A stretch of DNA of 64,000 bases from an uncultured bacterium. GTDB taxonomy: Bacteria > Bacillota_I > Bacilli_A > RF39 > UBA660. Below are positions 35,643 through 45,032 of this stretch, piece after piece; the stretch's first letter is position 1; each line of letters opens with the position of its first letter. The notes beneath the pieces were generated by a model, which saw only the letters and a program-made list of their open reading frames with translations, was not told the origin of the DNA and made no database searches. The position numbers and the translations under genes were made by a program. Location of the stretch: NCBI GenBank assembly GCA_946643435.1, contig CAMPCD010000002.1:13370-77369 (forward strand), given 5' to 3'.

Positions 35643-36800
35643 ATGAAAAGAATAATAAATAAATTAATTATTATATTTTTATTCATGCAACCATTCTTGG
35701 ATGTATTAACGTCTTTTCAAATAAGATTTAATATATTAAACATATATATATCTTCTATTATTAGAATAGTATTTTTATTATTTATATTAATATATATGAT
35801 TATTTATAAATATGACTTAAAAATAATTCTATTTATGTTTATATATGGAATTATATATGGTGGTTATTTACTAGCTACAAATAGCTTTAGTTTAACTTTT
35901 GACGCTATTAGAATATTCTATTTACCAGTTATGATTATATTCTTTAATAATGAAGATATTAAAATAGATAAGAAGAAAGTATTAATATTATATTTAATAT
36001 ATATGTTATTATTACTAATTCCTACTATGTTTGGTTTTTCATTTGATATATATGAAGTAGAAAAGTCTAAGAAAGGTTTTATTGGACTATTCTATGGTGG
36101 TAATGAATTATCAGGAATACTATTAGGATTACTTCCTATTATTCTTAATTATTTACAAATAGTTAAGAAGTATTATTTTAGAATTATATATTATATATTA
36201 ATTATTTTTACTTTTATATTAGTATCAACTAAGACACTTTTTATTGGAGGAATAATAGTATTATTAATATATCTATTTAAATATATTCTAAATAAAAAAA
36301 CAGTTAATAAAAAATATATAATAGGTGGAATAGTCGGGGTCTTAGTATTCTTAGTAATAGCATTACCATATACACCAGTTATGAATAATATTAAGGTAAC
36401 ATTAGATTACTATGGTATTAATAATATTACAGATATGTTTAACTTAAAAACAATTGATAATGTTATTTATTCAAGAAGATTATCATATGCATCTAATTTA
36501 ATAGATGAATATAAGAATAGTCCAATTGATAATAAGTTATTTGGACTAAAGAATATTAATAATATTAAAGATTCTGAGTTAGATTTAATTGATACATATA
36601 TGACTATTGGTTTAATAGGCTTTATAGTTTATATAATTGTCATGGGTTATTTATTATATAAATATAGATTAAAAGGAATATATTTATTCTCATTAATACT
36701 ATTTATAATCATGGCATGTTTATCTGGACATATTTTAATTAAACCTGCTGTAGCAATTTATACAGCTTTAATATTTAGACTTAATAAAGAGGTGGAATAA
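35643..36800 (+). CDS. O-antigen ligase/polymerase-like (Wzy_C-type) membrane protein
   Basis: About 10-12 TM helices with a larger loop late in the protein. The layout is typical of O-antigen ligase-like proteins. Pattern-level call only. Confidence 0.45.
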   Translation: MKRIINKLIIIFLFMQPFLDVLTSFQIRFNILNIYISSIIRIVFLLFILIYMIIYKYDLKIILFMFIYGIIYGGYLLATNSFSLTFDAIRIFYLPVMIIFFNNEDIKIDKKKVLILYLIYMLLLLIPTMFGFSFDIYEVEKSKKGFIGLFYGGNELSGILLGLLPIILNYLQIVKKYYFRIIYYILIIFTFILVSTKTLFIGGIIVLLIYLFKYILNKKTVNKKYIIGGIVGVLVFLVIALPYTPVMNNIKVTLDYYGINNITDMFNLKTIDNVIYSRRLSYASNLIDEYKNSPIDNKLFGLKNINNIKDSELDLIDTYMTIGLIGFIVYIIVMGYLLYKYRLKGIYLFSLILFIIMACLSGHILIKPAVAIYTALIFRLNKEVE

Positions 36801-37160
36801 ATGGAACATGTGCATTCAATATTAATTATAAAAAAAGGTAATAAATATTTAAATTATTATGATGATAGATGGAATATGTTGTTATTTCCAAATATTAAAG
36901 GTAATGATATAGAAGATATAAAAAAATATATAAAAGATAAATTTGGGATAGAAACATCTAATATAAAACTATTATTTGATAAGGTTCATGATAAATACTC
37001 TATACCTAATAAAGAGGTAAGAACATATCATCATTACTTCTATGAAATAGATGAAGATATAGATGGAGATTACTATGAACTTAAAGATTTATTACTAGAT
37101 GATAAGGTTAGAGAGAATAATTCCGATATTATTGAATATGTCAAAGAATACTATAATTAA
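36801..37160 (+). CDS. hypothetical small protein (Nudix-fold-like layout, box degenerate)
   Basis: ATG abuts the upstream stop. ILIIKKGNKYL...RWNMLLFPNIKGNDIEDIKKYIKDKFGIE follows the Nudix layout, but the REUxEE glutamates are absent. Confidence 0.4.
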   Translation: MEHVHSILIIKKGNKYLNYYDDRWNMLLFPNIKGNDIEDIKKYIKDKFGIETSNIKLLFDKVHDKYSIPNKEVRTYHHYFYEIDEDIDGDYYELKDLLLDDKVRENNSDIIEYVKEYYN

Positions 37161-37179
37161 TAGTATTCTCTTTTTTTTG
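37145..37179 (+). terminator. intrinsic terminator
   Basis: Hairpin agaatacta/tagtattct followed by T8. Confidence 0.6.
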
Positions 37180-37204
37180 TGATATACTTAAAATAGGTGA
37201 TAGT

Positions 37205-38332
37205 ATGGATCCACAATTAATTGAAAGAGAAGAAGCTAATTCAATATCTTCATCTAAAACAGTTGGTAGTCATTATGTAGTTGACTCTCCATATTTAGAT
37301 GTAGATACTTCTCATTTTGAAGTTGGTAGTTTATTAAGAGCAGCAGCTCAATATGATGTACATAGATCAGAATTTACTAAAGCTGTATTATTAGAAAAAT
37401 TCTTTAGAGCAGCAGCAAGTGTAACTGATCAAAGAGATGTAGAAGAATTACAAAAAATAATTAAAGCTATGATTGAAAAAGGCGGATGCATGGAAACATT
37501 AGGCCCTGACTTATTAACTAAAATATCTTTAGAAGATAAAGCTTTAAATGAATTATTAGCTAGTACATATGGTAGAATCCATACAAGTTTCTCATCATCA
37601 TTTACATCTAAGAGAGATGAACCAGTATCACACATGAAGATGAATGAAGCAGGAGAAATAGCAGGATATGATACTCAATACCATATTGAATATCCACAAA
37701 TAGATGAAGATAGAGAATATATGGAATCAGCAGTAAAAGAATTATTTGATTTTATTGTTGAATATGATGCTACTAGAACTACTGAATCTGAAATGAAGGT
37801 AAATGAATATTTCATCAAGGCTGCATTAAAAGCTAGAGATGAAGAAGATATAGAATATATTTATAAGACAGTTGGACAATTAAATTCTCAAGGTGGTATA
37901 GCATATCAAGTATTAGATAGAAATGAAAAAATATTAGACTTAGATATGATTAAGAACTATCGTAAAGATATGGATCCAACAGTTCTAGAAGATGAAGAAA
38001 AGCAAAAGATAGATGAAAAACATTATAATGAATTTAGAGAAAATTATGATAATGCTGTTAAGTATCTAGATATGTTAGATGCTAAACAAGATATGGGTGA
38101 AGATTTAACAAAAGAAGAACTTGAGGAATGCCAAGATAAAGTTAAGGCAGCTGAGGCATCACTTGAAGTATTAGGTGACTTCTATACTGAAGAAGAAATG
38201 CAAGAGTTTAGAGCAGAGTTAAAAGAACAAGAAATAGTATTACAACAAGTGTTAGAAGAAGTTAAAGAACAAACAGCTACTGAAGTTAATCGAGGAATGC
38301 AAAGAGTCAAAACTATTAAGAAGCCTATCTAG
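37205..38332 (+). CDS. hypothetical acidic protein with an internal duplication
   Basis: TKAVLLEKFFRAAASVTDQRDVEELQKIIKAMIEKGG recurs as MKVNEYFIKAALKARDEEDIEYIYKTVGQLNSQGG. E/D-rich C-terminal half. Confidence 0.55.
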   Translation: MDPQLIEREEANSISSSKTVGSHYVVDSPYLDVDTSHFEVGSLLRAAAQYDVHRSEFTKAVLLEKFFRAAASVTDQRDVEELQKIIKAMIEKGGCMETLGPDLLTKISLEDKALNELLASTYGRIHTSFSSSFTSKRDEPVSHMKMNEAGEIAGYDTQYHIEYPQIDEDREYMESAVKELFDFIVEYDATRTTESEMKVNEYFIKAALKARDEEDIEYIYKTVGQLNSQGGIAYQVLDRNEKILDLDMIKNYRKDMDPTVLEDEEKQKIDEKHYNEFRENYDNAVKYLDMLDAKQDMGEDLTKEELEECQDKVKAAEASLEVLGDFYTEEEMQEFRAELKEQEIVLQQVLEEVKEQTATEVNRGMQRVKTIKKPI

Positions 38333-38394
38333 GCTTCTTAATTTGTCTATAAGTATAAAATGTAGTATAATATAAGCCATTCAAAGGGGTTAAT

Positions 38395-39369
38395 ATGGAA
38401 AAGTTTTATACTAGTGAGATTGAAAATGAACAAGTATCTAAAATGAGTTTAGATGATAGAATGGATTATCTATCTTTTATTAAAGAATACTTAATTGATT
38501 ATAGAGAGACCTTACATTTACCTTCTAGATCTTCATTTGGTGTAGAAATAGAATATCAAGGTGTACCAAAGGAGATAGTTGATGAATATATAGAAGGATT
38601 TGGTTCTTTTGCATCACATGAAGAAGGAGATTTTGAAATTGGAGGAGAAGTAGTATCAAGACCTTTAATTGATAATTTTTCAAATTGGTATGATTTAAAA
38701 GAAATATTAATATATATGTCTAAATTAGATGGTATATATACAAACGGCCGTGCAGGAGCTCATGTACACATGGGTGCACAAATGTTAAAAAGTGAAGATG
38801 CATTTAAAAGATTCTTATTATTATATGCAGTATATGAAAATATAATATATAGATTTGCTTATATGGATAGAAATAAAGCAAGAGATAATATTAGTACTTA
38901 TGCGGAACCTATGAGAGTTGAATTATCTAGAGATTATGAATCATTAGAGAATTGTAAATCATTAAAAGAATTAAAAAAAGAATTTGATAGATATCATGGT
39001 TTAAACTTTAAGAATATTAGATCATTTAAAAACTTTGGCGATAGAAATACTATTGAGTTTAGAATGGCTAATGGTACATTAGATCCAGTATTATGGCAAA
39101 ATACTATTAATTTATATGCTAAATTATTATTAGCATCTCATAAAGATATGGATATAGATAGATTAGATTATCTATTACAAAGAAAGAAATTAGCTAATGC
39201 TCCTTATTCAGAATATGGTTCATTAAGAGTTGATGAAGCATTTGATTTTGCAGATATAGTATTTAACAATATGTTAGATAAGACTAATTTCTTAAGACAA
39301 TATATTAAAGATGGTAATAATTCTGTAGATACATGTGAATCAAAAGTTCAAAAATTTACTAGATATTAA
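38395..39369 (+). CDS. Amidoligase_2-like enzyme (glutamine synthetase/GCS2-fold, putative)
   Basis: FGVEIEYQG, GGEVVSRPL, GAHVHMG and TIEFRMANGTLD occur in the order expected for the putative amidoligase family. Confidence 0.6.
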   Translation: MEKFYTSEIENEQVSKMSLDDRMDYLSFIKEYLIDYRETLHLPSRSSFGVEIEYQGVPKEIVDEYIEGFGSFASHEEGDFEIGGEVVSRPLIDNFSNWYDLKEILIYMSKLDGIYTNGRAGAHVHMGAQMLKSEDAFKRFLLLYAVYENIIYRFAYMDRNKARDNISTYAEPMRVELSRDYESLENCKSLKELKKEFDRYHGLNFKNIRSFKNFGDRNTIEFRMANGTLDPVLWQNTINLYAKLLLASHKDMDIDRLDYLLQRKKLANAPYSEYGSLRVDEAFDFADIVFNNMLDKTNFLRQYIKDGNNSVDTCESKVQKFTRY

Positions 39370-39400
39370 AAATAAATAGACTATTCTATTTATTTTTTTT
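39370..39400 (+). terminator. intrinsic terminator (AT-rich stem)
   Basis: Hairpin aaataaatag/ctatttattt followed by T8. Confidence 0.5.
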
Positions 39401-39442
39401 ATAATAAAAATGAGGAACATATATTGTTTGGAGGATGATAGT

Positions 39443-40969
39443 ATGTTAAAAGATGGTAAAATATTAATAGGTAAAAATGATAACTATGAGGCTAATTTAT
39501 TATTAAGTAAGGCTAATAGACATGGTTTAATTACAGGTGCTACAGGAACTGGAAAGACTATATCTTTAAAAGTATTAGCTGAAAGTTTTTCATCAGCTGG
39601 AGTACCAGTTTTCATGGTTGATGTTAAAGGTGATTTAGCAGGTACTGCTTTTATTGGTGAAGATAATGAAAATGTAAGAACAAGAGTAGAGAAGTTAAAA
39701 CTAGATACATTCAAGTATGATAAATATCCATGTGTATTCTATGATATATATGGTAAATTAGGACATCCACTTAGAACAACAGTAGGTGAGATGGGACATA
39801 GATTATTATCTAAAGTATTAGGATTATCAGAAGTTCAAGATTCAGTATTAACTATTGTATATAAAATAGCTAGTGATGAAGGGAAAGAATTAGATACTCT
39901 AGAGGACTTACAATCTATGTTAGTTTATGTAGCTAATAAAAGAACTGAATTATCACAAGTATATGGTAATATAGCTTCTCAAACATTAACTACAATTCAA
40001 AGAAATGTATTAGAGTTAATAGAAGATTTAAAAGATGGTAACAGTGATAATGTAATGTTTGGATATCCTCCTTTTAATGTTCAAGATTTAAGAGGATTAG
40101 ATGTAGATACAGGATATGGAAGAATAAACATATTAGATGCTCAAGAATTATTTAAACATTCTGATTCATATGCAGCTACTATTTTAACTTTATTAGATAA
40201 AGTATATGATAGTATGCCTGAAGTAGGAGATGTAGATAAACCTAAATTAGTATTATTCTTTGATGAAGCACATCTATTATTCAGTGATATGTCTAAAGCT
40301 ATGTTAGAGCATGTAGTTAAAATAGTTAAATTAATAAGATCAAAAGGTGTAGGTGTATATTTTATATCTCAAAGTCCTGCCGATATACCTGATGAAGTAT
40401 TATCTCAATTAGGTAATAAGATTCAACATGCATTAAGAGTATATACTCCATCTGAAGAAAAGGCTATTAAAGTAGCTGCTGATTCATTTAGAGTTAATCC
40501 TAAATTTGATACTATGAAAGCTATACAAAATTTAGGAACAGGTGAAGCTTTAATTTCTTTAATAGATGAAAATGGTGAACCTACTGTAGTAGAACAAGTA
40601 ACTATCTTACCACCTCAATCAAGAATGGGAACTATTATTGATATGGAAAGACAAGCAATCATTAATAATTCTCCAATTGTAGGTAAGTATGAAAAAGTAG
40701 AAGATAGAGTAAGTGCTAAAGAGAATAATGAAGAAGTATTTAATAAGATTGAACAAGAAAAACAAGAAAAAGAACAAGCTAAGTTAGATGAAAAAAATGC
40801 TAAAGAAGAAGCTAAAAGATTAAAACAAGAAGAAGCAGAAAGAGCTAGAGAAGCAAGAGAAGCTGAAAGAAAGAAAAAACAATCTTTAGGATATAAGATT
40901 GGAAGGAAAGCTGAAAATAAAATAATAGATAAAACATTAAATAAAATATTAAAAGGATTCTTTAAATAA
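39443..40969 (+). CDS. HerA-like (DUF853/YjgR-type) P-loop ATPase
   Basis: RHGLITGATGTGKT Walker A and KLVLFFDEAHLLF Walker B. K/E-rich C-terminal tail. GGAGGA RBS before ATG 39443. Confidence 0.7.
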   Translation: MLKDGKILIGKNDNYEANLLLSKANRHGLITGATGTGKTISLKVLAESFSSAGVPVFMVDVKGDLAGTAFIGEDNENVRTRVEKLKLDTFKYDKYPCVFYDIYGKLGHPLRTTVGEMGHRLLSKVLGLSEVQDSVLTIVYKIASDEGKELDTLEDLQSMLVYVANKRTELSQVYGNIASQTLTTIQRNVLELIEDLKDGNSDNVMFGYPPFNVQDLRGLDVDTGYGRINILDAQELFKHSDSYAATILTLLDKVYDSMPEVGDVDKPKLVLFFDEAHLLFSDMSKAMLEHVVKIVKLIRSKGVGVYFISQSPADIPDEVLSQLGNKIQHALRVYTPSEEKAIKVAADSFRVNPKFDTMKAIQNLGTGEALISLIDENGEPTVVEQVTILPPQSRMGTIIDMERQAIINNSPIVGKYEKVEDRVSAKENNEEVFNKIEQEKQEKEQAKLDEKNAKEEAKRLKQEEAERAREAREAERKKKQSLGYKIGRKAENKIIDKTLNKILKGFFK

Positions 40970-40970
40970 T

Positions 40971-41552
40971 ATGAAGAAGTTATTCTTATTTATTCTATTA
41001 TTAATTCCAATTAATGTATTTGCTTATGATATAAAACTTGATGAATATGAAAAAAAATCATTAAATCAAATTCTTATAGATATTGGTAATGATAAATTTA
41101 TAGATACTGAAGAAAACTATCAAGGTATTCCTATTTATTTCTTTTATGGTAAAGAATGTGGATACTCTAAACAGTTTATAGATTTCTATGTTGATCAAGT
41201 ATTACCTAAGTATAAGCATAAAATACATATAGTTGGATTTGAAACTTGGCATGATAATAAAAATGCTTCATTGTATGCTACTATATTAAAATATAAGAAA
41301 TCAGATTATGAAGGTTCTCCTTTAATTATAATAGGAGATAGAGTATTTGAAGGATATACTCAATCTTATAATAATCAAATAATAAGTGCTATAGATAATA
41401 CTATTAAAAATAATAATAAAAAAGATATTATTGAAGAGATGAATAGTATAAGTGATAATGATTTAGATAATGAAATAAAGAAGATAATACTTATACCATT
41501 ATTTATAATATTACTTACAGTTGCATTAGTGTTTATAATTAAGAAAAAATAA
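40971..41552 (+). CDS. secreted, C-terminally anchored thioredoxin-fold-like protein (CxxS variant)
   Basis: Signal peptide LLLIPINVFAYD. IPIYFFYGKECGYSKQF sits where thioredoxin-like proteins carry WCxxC. C-terminal TM plus KKK. Confidence 0.4.
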   Translation: MKKLFLFILLLIPINVFAYDIKLDEYEKKSLNQILIDIGNDKFIDTEENYQGIPIYFFYGKECGYSKQFIDFYVDQVLPKYKHKIHIVGFETWHDNKNASLYATILKYKKSDYEGSPLIIIGDRVFEGYTQSYNNQIISAIDNTIKNNNKKDIIEEMNSISDNDLDNEIKKIILIPLFIILLTVALVFIIKKK

Positions 41553-41582
41553 CTATTAAGTTTTAAACTTGATAGTTTTTTG
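41552..41582 (+). terminator. intrinsic terminator
   Basis: Hairpin ctattaagttt/aaacttgatag (one G-U pair) followed by T6. Confidence 0.55.
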
Positions 41583-41615
41583 TTATAATTCTATATAGGA
41601 TAGAGAAGTGATTTT

Positions 41616-42425
41616 ATGGGAGCTAAAGAACTATTTATTGCAATAGTACCTGTAGTAGTATTACTTGTTTTTATTTATATAAAAGATGTAGATAAAGAGC
41701 CTAGAAAATTATTAATTAAATTATTCTTATTTGGTTGCTTATCTGTTATTCCTATTTTAATAGGTGAATTATTAATTGATGAAATAATACCAACTACATA
41801 TATACCTAATTTCTTTATTTCTTTTATTACTACATTTATTTCTGTAGCTTTAGTTGAGGAAATAGGTAAGTGGTTTGTTACATATTTTTCTTCATATAAG
41901 AGTAAAGATTATAATCATAGCTTTGATGGAATTGTATATGCAGTATTTGTATCATTAGGATTTGCTATTGTTGAAAATGTATTATATGTATATAAGTTTG
42001 GTTTTGATACAGGTGTAGATAGAGCTAAGTTCTCTATACCTGGTCATGCAGTATTTGGTGTCTTTATGGGATACTATTTATCTTTGTCAAAGAGCTATGC
42101 TTTAAAAGGTGATAAAAAGAGTTTATGGTATTTAATACTATCAATATTAGTGCCATCTTTATGCCATGCTATATATGATAGTATTATACTATTCTATCAA
42201 GCTAATCCATCATTAGAATATTTATCTGAAGTATTTATTATATATGTATATACTTCATATTCTATTGCTCTAGGTTTAGTAAATAAGACTGCTCAAATTA
42301 AATATAACTTTGATGGTAGAGAGATTACGGGTAAAAAAGTAAATAGTAATTACTGCTATTACTGTGGAGCACCTATTACTGATAGGATTTGTTCACAGTG
42401 TGGAAAAGATCAAAGTATAAGGTGA
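41616..42425 (+). CDS. prsW: PrsW-family intramembrane metalloprotease with C-terminal zinc ribbon
   Basis: EEIGKW, FAIVEN, HAVFGVFMG and HAIYDS motifs across the TM helices. C-terminal CYYCGAPITDRICSQCG. Confidence 0.75.
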   Translation: MGAKELFIAIVPVVVLLVFIYIKDVDKEPRKLLIKLFLFGCLSVIPILIGELLIDEIIPTTYIPNFFISFITTFISVALVEEIGKWFVTYFSSYKSKDYNHSFDGIVYAVFVSLGFAIVENVLYVYKFGFDTGVDRAKFSIPGHAVFGVFMGYYLSLSKSYALKGDKKSLWYLILSILVPSLCHAIYDSIILFYQANPSLEYLSEVFIIYVYTSYSIALGLVNKTAQIKYNFDGREITGKKVNSNYCYYCGAPITDRICSQCGKDQSIR

Positions 42426-42429
42426 TTAT

Positions 42430-43347
42430 ATGAAGAATAAATTATATAAAGGATTATTAATTATATTTGCTATTTTTGTGGTTTTATTACCTGTTACTAT
42501 AGCAACAGCTGATTCAGGATGGGGATCATCTTATCATTCATCAGGTGGATCATCACATCATTCATCTGGTAGTTCTTCTCATCACTCATCAAGTAGTTCT
42601 CATAGATCATCAAGTAGTTCTCGTAGTTCATCTAGTAGTATTAATGGTGGTGAGCCTTTAACTCCTTTAGAAACTGTTATTATGGTTATTTTTTTACTAT
42701 TTATACTGTTTATAATTGTTATGACTTTTAATGGTATTATAGCAGCGTTTATTGCTGCAGTAAGAAAGTCTAATGGTGCGATAGATACTCATATGAATAT
42801 CATGACTCAAGATAGAGTTGATAAGATAGATCCTTCTATTAATATTGAAAATACATTAAAAGAAGTATTTGATTTATTTACAAAAGTTCAAGATGCTTGG
42901 AGTGAATTTAAATATGATGAATTAAGAAAATATTTAAGTGATGAATTATTTAATAACTATAAGATGCAACTTGAAACATTAGAATTAGAAGATGGCAAGA
43001 ATGTCATGGGTGACTATAAGTATATAAGTGGTGGAATTATTTCAATTGATAAGAAAAAGAATTTAGAAGAGTTAAGAGTTAAATTACATGTTGAAATGAA
43101 AGATTATGTAATTAATACTAAAACTAATAAGGTTACACATGGAGAAAAAAATGGTATTATGGATAATACATATATCATTACTCTTGAAAGAAGTTTAAAT
43201 AATGAAATAACTAACTGCCCTGATTGTGGTGCTAAAATTAAAAATCAAGCATCTCAAAAATGCGAATTCTGTGATGCTATTCTTGTTAAGGGAGCAAGCA
43301 AATTTGTAATGGTTAAAAAAGAAACAATCAAGAGTGGATACAAATAA
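42430..43347 (+). CDS. Tim44-like domain membrane protein with Ser/His-rich ectodomain and zinc ribbon
   Basis: Signal peptide, ADSGWGSSYHSSGGSSHHSSGSSSHHSSSSSHRSSSSS, a TM, Tim44-like core (VFDLFTKVQDAWSEFKYDELRKYLSDELFNNYKMQLE...) and CPDCG...CEFC. Confidence 0.7.
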   Translation: MKNKLYKGLLIIFAIFVVLLPVTIATADSGWGSSYHSSGGSSHHSSGSSSHHSSSSSHRSSSSSRSSSSSINGGEPLTPLETVIMVIFLLFILFIIVMTFNGIIAAFIAAVRKSNGAIDTHMNIMTQDRVDKIDPSINIENTLKEVFDLFTKVQDAWSEFKYDELRKYLSDELFNNYKMQLETLELEDGKNVMGDYKYISGGIISIDKKKNLEELRVKLHVEMKDYVINTKTNKVTHGEKNGIMDNTYIITLERSLNNEITNCPDCGAKIKNQASQKCEFCDAILVKGASKFVMVKKETIKSGYK

Positions 43348-43399
43348 AAAATATAATAACTCATAATTAATGATATAATAGTTGTAATTAGGAGGATAT

Positions 43400-44272
43400 A
43401 TGAAAGAAAAACTTTTTAAAGGATTATTAATAGTATTTGCTATCATGGTTGTTTTATTACCTTTAAGTAGAACTAGAGCTGACTCAGGATGGGACTCATC
43501 TTATTCTTCTTCAGGTAGTAGTTCTTCTTACTCAGGAGGTAGTTCATATTCAGGAGGAAGTTCATACCATTCTTATAGTTCTTCATCAAGTTATGGTAGT
43601 TCTTTTGATGGAGATTTTAATTTATCTTTATTCATATTTATAATTTTTGTGACAACAATAATTATTATTATAATTTCTAAAAGAGCTCCAAGTTATTATT
43701 CTTCAAATAGATATGAAATTAGATTAATGACTCAAGATGAAGTTAATGCAATTGATTCATCAATTAATATTGATGAGTTCATGAAACAATCATTTGATTT
43801 ATTTGTTAAGATTCAAGAAGCATGGGAAAACTTCAAGTATGATGAATTAAGAGACTTATTAAGTGATGAATTATTTAATAACTATAAGATGCAACTTGAA
43901 ACATTAGAATTAGAATCTGGTAAGAATATCATGGATGATTATACTTATGTTGATGGTGGTATTATATCAATTAATAAAACTGATTTAACTGAAGAAGTTA
44001 AGATTAAATTACATGTTAGAATGAAAGACTATGTAATTGATACAACTGATAATTCAGTTAGACATGGAGATCCTGCTAAGATAATGGATAATAATTATAT
44101 TATTACATTAGAAAGAAGTATAAGATCTGAAATAACAAATTGTCCTAACTGTGGTGGTGAATTAAAAGATACTGCTTCTCAAGTATGTCCATATTGTGAT
44201 GCTGTACTTGTTAAAGGATCAAAAGAATTTGTTATGGTTAAAAAAGAAAATGTTAAAGGACAATATCGATAA
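43400..44272 (+). CDS. Tim44-like domain membrane protein, paralogue (Ser/Tyr/Gly-rich ectodomain, zinc ribbon)
   Basis: Same architecture as the upstream gene. ADSGWDSSYSSSGSSSSYSGGSSYSGGSSYHSYSSSSSYGSS, a TM, Tim44-like core and CPNCG...CPYC. Confidence 0.7.
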   Translation: MKEKLFKGLLIVFAIMVVLLPLSRTRADSGWDSSYSSSGSSSSYSGGSSYSGGSSYHSYSSSSSYGSSFDGDFNLSLFIFIIFVTTIIIIIISKRAPSYYSSNRYEIRLMTQDEVNAIDSSINIDEFMKQSFDLFVKIQEAWENFKYDELRDLLSDELFNNYKMQLETLELESGKNIMDDYTYVDGGIISINKTDLTEEVKIKLHVRMKDYVIDTTDNSVRHGDPAKIMDNNYIITLERSIRSEITNCPNCGGELKDTASQVCPYCDAVLVKGSKEFVMVKKENVKGQYR

Positions 44273-44282
44273 GAGGTAAAAT

Positions 44283-44822
44283 ATGAATATTAATAGTTAT
44301 GACTCAACATTAGATAATGGTATGTTTTACACTAAAGTAGATAATATCTATGTTATGTTGTTTACTGCACTAATGTTTAACGATTTATCAAGAGTAGATC
44401 ATAAAGTATCTGATAAAGTAATGGAACAATATGCTCCTATAGTAGAACAATATAAAAATAAAAATCAAAGACATATGTATGGACAATTAAATGTTAAATC
44501 TACTGAAATAACAAATATCCATTTAGATGAAGAAGGTAATATCCTAGTAAATGTTAGATTAGTAGGTAGATTCTTAGATTATGTAATTGATTTAGCTACA
44601 CGTAAGAAGATATCTGGTGATGATCAAATCAGAACAGAAAGAGTATATGATTTAGTCTTAAAAAAATCTGCAAATGCTAAGAAATTAAGTGAATCTAGAC
44701 ATTGTCCTTCATGTGGACAACATGCTGATTTATCTAATACAGGAAAATGCCCTTCATGTGGAACAATCTTTAATCTTGAAGACTATGATTATATTTTAGA
44801 GTCTATTGATGTTGTAGGATAA
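44283..44822 (+). CDS. soluble Tim44-like/zinc-ribbon protein (third paralogue, no TM)
   Basis: NTF2/Tim44-like core (FTALMFNDLSRVDHKVSDKVMEQY...VRLVGRFLDYVID...RVYDLVLKKS) and CPSCG...CPSCG. Confidence 0.55.
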   Translation: MNINSYDSTLDNGMFYTKVDNIYVMLFTALMFNDLSRVDHKVSDKVMEQYAPIVEQYKNKNQRHMYGQLNVKSTEITNIHLDEEGNILVNVRLVGRFLDYVIDLATRKKISGDDQIRTERVYDLVLKKSANAKKLSESRHCPSCGQHADLSNTGKCPSCGTIFNLEDYDYILESIDVVG

Positions 44823-44823
44823 A

Positions 44824-44852
44824 AGAAATGTAAATTAATACATTTCTTTTTT
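44824..44852 (+). terminator. intrinsic terminator
   Basis: Hairpin agaaatgta/tacatttct followed by T6. Confidence 0.65.
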
Positions 44853-45032
44853 ATTTCATTTAATTTTCATATTAGCTTGTTATTATGTAATCAGACAAGG
44901 AGATGATAATATAGAAATAGATAAGAAAATGTAAATAAAATTAACAATCAATTGCTAGTCAATTTAAATATAAATAAAAAATGATTTCATATAAACTCAA
45001 CCAATCTATAAAAACTTTATTAAGGAGGATAT

